Positions 8,702 through 18,204 of a DNA stretch of 64,000 bases are shown here, piece by piece. The translations under genes were made by a program, and so were the position numbers. Source of the DNA: Eledone cirrhosa (lineage: Eukaryota); contig OZ024760.1 of the NCBI GenBank assembly GCA_964016885.1, positions 34,658,001 through 34,722,000 on the forward strand, given 5' to 3'. Within the stretch, counting starts at the first letter, position 1; each line of letters begins with the position of its first letter. The notes below the pieces were generated by a model, which ran no database searches, was not told where the DNA came from, and saw only the letters and a program-made list of their open reading frames with translations.

Positions 8702-11700
8702 AATGACCATGCTGTAAAATGGAGGGGTAGAGAGGGCCCTTGAGTCTAGTAAGACATCCTCTCTAGTGCTGGTGGCACAAATAAAAGCACCCAGTCCATG
8801 CTGTAAAGTGGCGCTGGTGTTAGGAAGGGCATCCAACCAGTGTATCAATGCCAAAAAGCTTATCAGCACAGCAACAAAACAGCATAGGAAAATATGAAGA
8901 CATCGCATCTCAGAGTTGCAACACTTAATGTTGGCACTCTCAGAGGTAGATCTGCTGAAATAGCGGAGATGCTGGAGAGAAGGCAGGTGGATGTGTGCTG
9001 CGTGCAAGAGGTGAGATGGAGAGGTGCCTCTGCGAGACTAGTCGTAGGCAAGCGTCTTAGCTATAAGCTATTCTGGGTAGGTAAGGATGATGGGTTAGGG
9101 GGAGTAGGCATTTTCCTGGCTGAGAAATGGATCAATAAGACAATAGAGGTAGTTCGAGTTAGTAATCGAATAATTAAGCTTAGATTAGTTGTAGGTAGGA
9201 GACTACTGACAATCATCTCGGTCTATGCTCCCCAAGCAGGCCTAGGCAAAGATGAGAAAGACTGCTTTTATGAGCAACTTTTGCAAACAACCACAATGAC
9301 AGAGGACGGAGACATCGTTATGCTAGCAGGAGACTTCAATGGTCATGTTGGACAGCTCCAGGATGGTTACACTGAGGTACATGGTGGGCACGGTTACGGT
9401 TCAAGAAATGAAGGAGTGAGACTTCTTGAATTTTGTGATGCGAGTACATTGACTATTTGCAACACAAACTTCCAGAAACCTGCCAATCACCTAATAACCT
9501 ACAAATCTGGTGAGCACATAAGCCAGATTGACTTCCTGCTAGTTAGGCAGCGGGACAGGCAGATAGTGTCTAATACCAAGGCATACCCTGGGGAAGAATG
9601 TACCCCACAGCATAGGTTAGTTGTTAGTGATATCTCAGTAAGCAAGAGATGGAATGAGACATATAGGAAGGTGTGGAGAAGAAAGGTCTGGAAGCTAAAA
9701 GACCTTTCATTAAAATACAAATTTAGGAAAGCCCTTCAAGATGTATATGACGAAAAAGAAGACGATTTAGAGACGTATGACATAGATAATAACTGGAAGT
9801 TCTTACGTGACAACTTGCTACAGGCTACTGATGAAACCTGTGGCTGGAGCAGAGCTCCAACCAGACAGAGAGTGACCTGGTGGTGGAACAGCACAGTAGA
9901 TAAGGCTATTAGAGACAAAAGACTAGCATGGAAGGCTTGGAAAAAGGGTGGGAGTAGGGAAGAATATACAGCCACTAAGAGAGAAGCTAGACGTCAGGTG
10001 TACTTAGCACGCAGGGAGGCAGAGAGTAGGAGGTTTGCCAATGTTCTGCGACGGGAAGATCAGAGGCGTGCGGTGTTCCACATTGCAAGGCAGTGTGTCA
10101 ATGCAAATCAAGATGTTGTTGGAGATAAATGTGTCCGGGATGATGCCGGTGTACTTAGTGTCACGAATGACCAGAAAAAGGAGGCCTGGAAATGTCATTA
10201 TGAGAGACTGATGAATGTGGAGAACGAATGGGAGAGAGAGAAATTACCCTTGGTAGATCCGACAGAGGGACCAGCTATTGAGATTGACGAATATAGGGTC
10301 CAAGAGGCGATTAGGGAAATGAAAAATGGTAAGGCGGCCGGACCAGCGGGAATAGTTGCTGAGATGCTGAAGGCATCAGGGGACGTAGGCACTAAACTGG
10401 TTGCACGCATCATCAATCAGGCTATATATGGTGGTGTCATACCCAAAGACTGGTGCAGCAGTATTCTCATAAATTGCTACAAAGGTAAAGGGGATGCTTT
10501 GGAGAGGAGCAATTATAGGGGTATAAAACTGATAGATCAGGTTATGAAAGTGGCAGAAAGGATTTTAGCACAACTAATTAGAGAAAGGGTCAAACTAGAT
10601 TAGATGCAGTTTGGTTTTGTGCCTGGGAAGAGTACAACAGATGCCCTCTTCTTGGTGAGACAAATGCAAGAGAGGTTCTTAGAGAAGAATAAGCCACTAT
10701 ACTTAGCCTTTGTTGACCTAGAGAAGGCCTTTGATAGGGTACCCCGATCTGTCATCTGGTGGTCCCTAAGAAAGCTAGGTGTTGAGGAATGGCTTATGAG
10801 GACAGTGCAAACTTTGTACAGAGGTTCTCTCAGTAAAGTCAGGGTAGGTATGGAGTTTAGTGAGGAATTCCAGATACAAGTAGGAGTACATCAGGGTTCG
10901 GTCCTCAGCCCGCTCTTGTTCATTATAGTCCTCCAAGCCATAACAGAGGAGTTTAAGACTGGCTGTCCATGGGAACTTCTCTACGCTGACGATCTGGCTC
11001 TTATAGCAGAATCAGTAGAGGAGCTAGAGAATAAATTCCGGCTATGGAAACAGCAGTTGGAAGCAAGAGGACTGAGAGTAAATCTAGCTAAGACAAAAGT
11101 GTTGATGAGTAGAAAAGAGGACAAAACCCTGATTCCGTCAGGGAAATGGCCATATTCGATATGCAGAAAAGGATCTGGCATAAATTCTATAAAATGCACA
11201 CAATGCAGGTCCTGGGTACACAAGAGATGTAGCGGGATAGCAGGCAAACTAACAGGTAGGGAGAAATATGTATGCAGTAGATGTACAGGGAAATTAGACA
11301 GTAGAAGTCGCACTGATAGACACATTTTTCAAATGCGAGAGGGCACTATAGAAGTGGTGGATAGCTTCCGGTACCTAGGAGATCAGATTAGCATGGGAGG
11401 AGGGTGTTCCGAGGCCATAGTATCTAGAATAAGGACGGGTTGGAAGAAGTTTAGGGAGCTGCTTCCTCTGTTGACGAAGAAGGGTTTCTCCCTGCGTACG
11501 AAAGGCCAGTTGTATGATGCCTGTGTGAGGAGCGCGATGCTGCATGGTAGTGAGACATGGGCAGCAACCGCAGAGGATATGCGACGGCTGGAGAGAAATG
11601 AGGCAAGCATGCTCCGTTGGATGTGCAATGTCAATGTGCGTGAACGACCCAGCATAAATGTGTTGAGAGAGAAACTGTGTCTGAGAGGGATAGAATGTAG

Positions 11701-11977
11701 TGTACGGGAGAGGAGACTGAGGTGGTATGGACATGTGATGCGCATGGAGGATGACCGATGGGTGAAGAAGTGCCAGGAAATGCCAGTTGAAGGAAGACGT
11801 GGTAGAGGTAGACCACGAAAAACATGGGCGGAGGTGGTGAGAACAGACCTCAGATCATTGAAGCTCACGGTGGAGATGACGAGGGACCGTGACGAGTGGA
11901 GAGATGCTGTGCTGAATAAGACCCGTCCCACCCTTGCAAGCAGGGAAAAGCGGACATAAAATGAAGATGATGATGAT
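8702..11977 (+). mobile_element. RTE-clade LINE, family B, apparently full length
   Basis: ~190-bp 5' UTR, a single APE-RT frame at 8894-11959, a very short 3' UTR and an aatgaagatgatgatgat tail. The 5' boundary is approximate. Confidence 0.95.
8894..11959 (+). pseudogene. APE endonuclease-RT polyprotein (~1021 codons) with one premature TAG and an internal PHD-type finger
   Basis: ORFs 8894..10603 and 10604..11959 are contiguous and in frame. The TAG at 10601 aligns to E in family A 'LDEMQFGF'. Motifs: TLNVGTL, QEVRW, VYAPQ, GDFNGH, QIDF, FVDLEKAFD, GVHQGSVLSP, YADD, YLG, GRPRKTW. Confidence 0.92.
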
Positions 11978-12194
11978 ATAGTAATAATAATAAATTTGAA
12001 GACTAAAATCCAAAGAGGGCTCGATAAGGATAAATATATATCAAATATATAAGAACCGTAGAGCAAATATTTATTAAAATAACAGATTAAAGTTTAAGCA
12101 AAGAATCGCTGCTTTCACCCTTAACGCGATCTTCTGAAACTAACAAAGTCAATCTGTAAAAGCAGAACTGGATATTTTAAAAAACGTTGCAACC

Positions 12195-12230
12195 GGAGAT
12201 TGTTATACTTTGGGAGGGTCATGTTGCCAA
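12195..12230 (+). repeat. Third copy of dispersed 'attgttatactttgggagggtcatgttgcc' motif
   Basis: Related copies at ~6500-6530 (+) and ~8051-8085 (-); all lie close to AT-rich tracts. Confidence 0.6.
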
Positions 12231-12419
12231 TAATATATATATATATAATATATATAATTATATATATATTATATATATATATATAATTATTATTCCTCTA
12301 ATCCTCTCTCTCTTTCTCCTCTCACTCTCTCCTACCTCCATCTCCTCCTCCCCCCTCTACAAGCAGTCATCCTCCCCTCTACTAACAATCAATCTCTTGT
12401 CCTTCACTCTCTATCTCCT

Positions 12420-12875
12420 TCTCTCACTCTCTCCCTCTCTCAACTATACAACTACTTATATTTCTATCAGTATCAATTATTCCCCTGTCTCTCTGTCATC
12501 TCACACTCTCTCACTCTCTCTCTCCCTCTCTCAACTATACAACTACTTATATTTCTATCAGTATCAATTAGTCCCCTGTCTCTCTGTCATCTCACACTCT
12601 CTCACTCTCTCTCTCCCTCTCTCTCCCTCTCTCAACTATACAACTACTTATATTTCTATCAGTATCAATTATTCCCCTGTCTCTCTGTCATCTCACACTC
12701 TCTCACTCTCTCTCTCCCTCTCTCAACTATACAACTACTTATATTTCTATCAGTATCAATTATTCCCCTGTCTCTCTGTCATCTCACACTCTCTCACTCT
12801 CTCTCTCCCTCTCTCAACTATACAACTACTTATATTTCTATCAGTATCAATTATTCCCCTGTCTCTCTGTCATCT
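12420..12875. repeat. 91-bp pyrimidine-rich minisatellite, ~5 copies
   Basis: caactatacaactac starts at 12441, 12532, 12633, 12724 and 12815 (spacing 91/101/91/91). Confidence 0.9.
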
Positions 12876-12993
12876 TCCCCTCAACCTTCTCTGTGGATTG
12901 GAACTTCTCGAACTCCACACACTATCCCTGCTGGTCCGAGCTGGTCTGAGCTGGTCCAAGGTGGTCTGTGCCAGTCAGAATAATACTGTCGCC

Positions 12994-13092
12994 ATGTCAA
13001 AGCATGTGGACAATAACAACAACAGCAACAACAATAACAACAACAAACTCCGCGTTCGGTTATACGCTATGCGACAAGTGAATATGTTCCAG
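12994..13092 (+). CDS. Candidate first coding exon of a host gene (MSKHVDNNNNSNNNNNNKLRVRLYAMRQVNMFQ)
   Basis: ATG in Kozak-like context gtcgccATGt, 33 open codons with poly-Asn, ending at CAG|GTAATT (phase-0 donor). Lies in a non-repetitive, relatively GC-richer island. No downstream exon identified. Confidence 0.45.
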
Positions 13093-13397
13093 GTAATTTA
13101 ATTCATTCACCTTCTCTCCCCCATCTCTCTCTCTTTCTCCCCCTCTCTCCTCTCATTTTCATTTACTCTTTTTTTCCTTCTCTCTCTCTCTCTCTCTATC
13201 TCTCTCACTTCTCTCTCTCTCACTCACAAAATATTCTGTCTAAACTCTGCCAAATGCCACCCCTGGTTTTGTGAAGCAGCCCCCCCCCCCCTTTTTTTTT
13301 TAAATGGTTCATATTTAAATTAAATTCTTCCAACATAATTTTATATAAGAACCAAAATGTTAAGTTACTTTCCTAGTCATGAAATAATTAATATTAA

Positions 13398-13934
13398 CCC
13401 TTTAGCATTTACATTACTCTATATATACTATTATATTTTCACAGTAAAGGCTTTACCTCACATAATATCGCACATAACATTTACATTACACTATATATAC
13501 TATTATATTTTCATGGTAAAGGCTTTACCTCACATAATATCTCACATAACATTTACATTACTCTATATATACTATTGTATTTTCACGGTAAAGGCTTTAC
13601 CTCACATAATATCTCACATAACATTTACATTACTCTATATATACTATTGTATTTTCACGGTAAAGGCTTTACCTCACATAATATCTCACATAACATTTAC
13701 ATTACTCTATATATACTATTATATTTTCACAATAAAGGCTTTACCTCACATAATATCTCACATTCCATTTACATTACTCTATATATACTATTATATTTTC
13801 ACGGTAAAAGCTTTATCTCACATAATTATCTCACATAATATCGAATCTATGAGATTTTGAAAGTATTTATTTTGAGAACAATACCTTAACATCAGTTTGA
13901 GCAACCAGTTACAGCCAGTTTCAACACTAAAGGG
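13398..13934. mobile_element. piggyBac-type MITE containing a 72-bp tandem array
   Basis: TTAA|CCCTTTAG ... CTAAAGGG|TTAA (TTAA TSD, CCC/GGG ends). ~6 internal copies of a 72-bp unit at 13407-13840. Confidence 0.8.
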
Positions 13935-14528
13935 TTAATTGATATTAATAAATACTTCAAACTCTTTTATTAATTAATTGAAATCCTTGTATTTTGTTGG
14001 ACATACACCCATGAAAAAGTGAAAGGGTTTTTTGCTTACATGAAAATCTTTCCAACATGATTTTATATAAGAATCATGTTAAGTTACTATCGTAATGAAA
14101 TAGTTAATAGTTTTAGTAAATCCTTCAAAATTCTTCATTAATTAATTGATATAGAAAGTATTTCATTAGAAATACTGCCATAAAAAGGGTTAACTCTTTT
14201 TAGATATTTTTGATTTATGTTTTTCACCTGCATTTTTGTAAACTTTGGAAAATGGTATTTAATGCTCCAGCATGGCCTTTGGTGTGAAAGCTTAAAAAAA
14301 CCTCAGAGGAACAACACTCACTTAGAATTTGTCCATGTAATTTGTCCATATGTAATACACACTTAGATATATACACTCAGACATACGTATATATATGCAT
14401 ACATACATGTAATTTATATACACTCATTCATTCACACATATAGACTTAATTATACACACATATATATTTATAAATATAAATACATATACATACATGTAAC
14501 TTTTATGCACTCGATTATACACACACAC

Positions 14529-14565
<37 letters not shown>

Positions 14566-14570
<5 letters not shown>

Positions 14571-14731
14571 ATATTAAATAAATGAAAACTATATTTATAA
14601 AACCATATTTATTTTATTATATATATATTTCAAGGGTATATAATATATATAATAAAATATATATAATAAAATATATATAATAAAATAAATATAGTTTTAT
14701 AAATATAGTTTCCATTTATTTAATATCATTG
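14566..14731. repeat. AT-rich hairpin with ~60-bp arms
   Basis: caatgatattaaataaatgaaaactatatttataaaacc... pairs with ...agttttataaatatagtttccatttatttaatatcattg, with ~2 mismatches. Confidence 0.85.
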
Positions 14732-14888
14732 AATATTTACTCCAGTAAGCTGTTGAGTGCTCTAAATCAGTTATAAACATTTATATTTGTCGGACTTCCA
14801 ACAAATTAAATACCCCTTCTACTTATATATATATATATATATACATATAACTTTTATACAGCCAATTACACATACTCACATATATATG

Positions 14889-15012
14889 TAACTTAGTGGC
14901 TAGAGTTTTGAACTCTTAATCATATGGCTGTAGGTTTGGCTCTTGGGTTAGGCACTGCATTGTATCCTTGAGCAAGACTCTTCATGTTGCTTCAATCCAC
15001 TCAGCTGTAAAA
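14889..15012 (+). mobile_element. Degenerate SINE (head and central domain), related to 8182-8510
   Basis: cttagtggctagag (A-box-like) ... tgtatccttgagcaagac...tgttgcttcaatccactcagctgta. Confidence 0.6.
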
Positions 15013-15539
15013 AAAAGAGCCAGCACCAGCAATAGTTGTTCACTTCTGCAATAGACTAGTGTCCATGAGGCCAGCTAAACTTATACTTGTGGGAGCTGTT
15101 ACAACAAAATATGTGTGTGTGAATATATGTATGTGATATTCTAGGGCTGATGCTGGGACCCTGAGCATTAAAACACCTGAGAAGCCCCTTATGAGGCGCA
15201 TCGTATGAGACCAACTAAACTTACATGGGTGTGAGGTGTAACAATACATGACACTATATACACACACAAACATTTCAACATTGCAGCATTGTTCCTATGA
15301 GGGGTCCGGATCCACATTTTTTAAATAAAACAAAAATTAATCTCCCCTGTAAAATTATGAAAAGCAGTTTTAAACTGAAACTTTAAACTTCATACCAGGC
15401 ATATTCAGTAAAAAATTAGTTTTCCTTTACTTTCTACATTTGTTGTAAAATCACTTTAATATTTGATACCTTAAGTTGGTCAGAATCAGGAGAGTAATCG
15501 ACAAATTGGTATGAGGAATTGTCCCAGCTCTTTATATTT

Positions 15540-15660
15540 TGAGGTCAACTTTCATTTTTCCGGGGTTGGTAAAATGAAAAAAAATTGAAATACTGTGTTG
15601 ATGTAATTGATTTTCCCTTGGCCACAAATACCTGGCCTTGTGCCTAGATTAGACATCACT
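15540..15660 (+). mobile_element. Old SINE-like remnant
   Basis: ttccggggttggtaaaat...gatgtaattga...ctggccttgtgccta resembles recalled octopus SINE bodies. There is no in-window partner to confirm this. Confidence 0.35.
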
Positions 15661-16319
15661 AATTGCCAGACCCCTATTTTATGTTTGAGAAACAGACAAA
15701 AATCCAAACCTAATTTATAAGCTGAGGCAGCTAATCAACATTATATTTAGATGGCGTGGTTTCGAAATCCTTATGAGAGGAAAATATATTTATGTAGTTT
15801 TATTTTGATATTTTAAATGTTTTAAGTGCTGCTTTGAGTATAGTTTTTGTTTCACAACTCCTTTACATAATGATTTTTTACCAATTTCTGACCATTTTGA
15901 AGGCCAAATTCATTCAAAATACATAAAAAAAACAAATTTCACTTTCAAAGTGAAAATATTTTAGCACCTCATTTATGTAGAATTTGAAGTTGGTGAAAAT
16001 TGGCAAAATATTAACCTTGAATATAAGTCCACCCCATTTTACCTTTGTTTTTTTTATACAAGCTTATATACAAGTAAATACAGTAGTTTGCAGCGAACTA
16101 GTCATTCAATTCTTCTTGGAAGTTGTTCTCCTCCCAGAACACACCAGCCTCCTCCTAATTGTATTTCATTTTATGAAATTCAACTATTGTTGCTATTATA
16201 TAAAATACTCCATACTAGCTAGCTGTCTGATTAGATAAATGAATCTAATATTTTACAATATATTCTCTGTGTAGTTTAGAATAGGTACACCATATCTCGA
16301 CATGTCTTTAGAAGCGACT

Positions 16320-16417
16320 AAAATAGTTAAGAAGAGCATTTGGCTGTAAAACATTGCTTCAAAAAATTCCATCCAACCCCTGCCAACAGGGAAAAGACAA
16401 TTTAAAAACGATAATGA
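16320..16417 (+). mobile_element. Highly degenerate bipartite RTE-type tail
   Basis: gttaagaagagcatttggctgtaaaac ... ccaacccctgccaacagggaaaagac...aaacgataatga. Confidence 0.5.
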
Positions 16418-16499
16418 AATATTATAGGACATAAAGCAAGCCCCCTAGTATTGTAATGAGGTAGTGCTGGCATCAGTAAAATGCATCTAGTCTACTCTG

Positions 16500-16835
16500 T
16501 ATGGTGACACAACATAATGCCACCAGGCCACCTTTAAGGTGGTAGTACTGGCGACATAACAAAAAGCCTCCAGTCCACCCTGTAAGGTGGTAATACAGGT
16601 GACATAATAAAAAGCCCCCAGTCCACCCTGTAAGGTACCATGATAAAATGCTCCCAGCATATGCTGTAAGATGGTAGGTGTTAGGAAGGGTATCCAGCAA
16701 TAGAAGCCAAGCCCCAAACAACATATGAGCAGAATGTGGTCACCTGACTATTCTAGCCTAGCCTCATTTTATTTTAACTTTTCTAACCCATGCAAGTAAA
16801 ATAGACATTAAATGATACTGATGATAATGACAATG
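16500..16835 (+). mobile_element. Non-autonomous RTE-dependent element with tandemly repeated 5'-UTR module
   Basis: ~4 copies of ggtgacat..aaaaagcc.ccagtccaccctgtaaggtggt, then ggtgttaggaagggtatccagc and ctaacccatgcaag...gacattaaatgatactgatgat. Confidence 0.65.
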
Positions 16836-17168
16836 AGATTAGTTGTAGTTGTTGTAAAACCAGTTTTTCCTAAGCTGTGGAGATGGATATGTGCAGTGAT
16901 GTGGATGTAACAATCATTTGTTCTTCGTTGTAAAATGATTTAATGGTTTTAGTGAATCTCTTAACAACTACTTCATTTCATGTGTCACTGTGATAAAAGA
17001 TCAAGTGCATTTTATGAAAAAGAGATATAGAAAGAAGAGCAGTCTCTGCTCTCTCTTTCTCAATCACTCTCCTTATCTATTTAATCTGATCATCTATCTA
17101 TCTATCTACCCATCTGTCTGTCTATCTATCTATCTATCCATCCATCTATCTATCTATCTCTATATGTA

Positions 17169-17223
<55 letters not shown>

Positions 17224-17331
17224 CTGTCTGTCTGTCACTTGGCATTTCCATTTTTTTATCTTTCCTGTCCGAAACCCCTCTCAGGAATTAAAGGTGTGCT
17301 TGTGTGTCATCTTTACTGGTGTTTTTATATA

Positions 17332-17380
17332 TGTCCAACCCTTGCTAGCATGGAAAATTAAACATTAACTGATGATGATG
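17332..17380 (+). mobile_element. Isolated RTE/SINE 3' tail
   Basis: gtccaacccttgctagcatggaaaattaaacattaactgatgatgatg. Confidence 0.65.
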
Positions 17381-17561
17381 TATGTATATAACAGTAAGAG
17401 ACTCCTCCTGGTATCTGTGGATAAGTAAGGGTGCAGGCATGGCTGTGTGGTTAACAAGTTCACTTTGCAACCACGTACTTCTGGCTACAAGTCCATACTC
17501 TCACACAATACACATATAGAAACATCTATTGTCTTTTGTTATGGTTTTGTATTGCCAAATA

Positions 17562-17762
17562 TACAAGAGTTGACTAAAACGTTTATAGGCTGATCACGAT
17601 ACTCTCATGGAATGACCAAATGAGGTTTATTTTTCAACATAGTTCCTGAAAAAAAAAACAATGCAGTTAATAAGAAGAGTTAAAATTAATGCATGCAAGA
17701 TTTGACAGCTCTAGCATCACTCCTTCATGGTTAACCTATAAACTTTTCAGCCTACCCTTGTA
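17562..17762. mobile_element. Tc1/mariner-type MITE or internal-deletion derivative (~200 bp)
   Basis: Imperfect ~30-bp TIRs: tacaagagttgactaaaacgtttataggct versus the right end read as reverse complement, tacaagggtaggctgaaaagtttataggtt. Flanked by TA. A second left-end fragment lies at ~18136-18169. Confidence 0.7.
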
Positions 17763-17854
17763 TATTGTGAGTGAAAATTGAATGGAAACCTGTTATGTGT
17801 GTGTCATCTTCAACAGCATTGTTGCCCTCATTTAACATCCATTTTGCCTGCTAT

Positions 17855-17899
<45 letters not shown>

Positions 17900-18204
17900 A
17901 AAGGAAAGGATTTAATCCACAGATCTGATCATAGAAAATATGTTTCCATTGGTCTTTTTTCTTTTTATCGTTAGAGAGAAAAAAACAGTTTTGTATCATA
18001 GAACCAGGAGCTGGTTTGATATGAAATAATTTAATGAGGAATATGGAAGGATTTACTAAAATTAATATTTCATTGTTAAGATGGTATTTATATTATAACC
18101 TAACAGATGGTTCTTATATGGAAGATTGTTATATAAAAAGTTCATAGGCTGACCTATACTCTCATGGAACACTTTAAAGTTTGTGATTTTGCTTCAAAGA
18201 ATCC

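Noticed and set aside
10601-10606. TAG-ATG junction as programmed readthrough or a two-ORF organisation
   Set aside because: Family A has LDEMQFGF in one frame and RTEs are single-ORF; a GAG>TAG mutation is simpler.
296-12066. Antisense ORFs over the LINE copies
   Set aside because: Shadows of the RTE coding strand.
12105-12137. Second hammerhead-like core on the minus strand (cagaaga...gaaagcagc)
   Set aside because: Core and stems are too degenerate to support.
12187-13101. 304-aa ORF
   Set aside because: Mostly TA tract and 91-bp minisatellite; only the last 33 codons before the donor look exon-like.
16095-16160. Possible minus-strand terminal exon (EEAGVFWEENNFQEELND*)
   Set aside because: No polypyrimidine tract, very short, and no recognisable homology.
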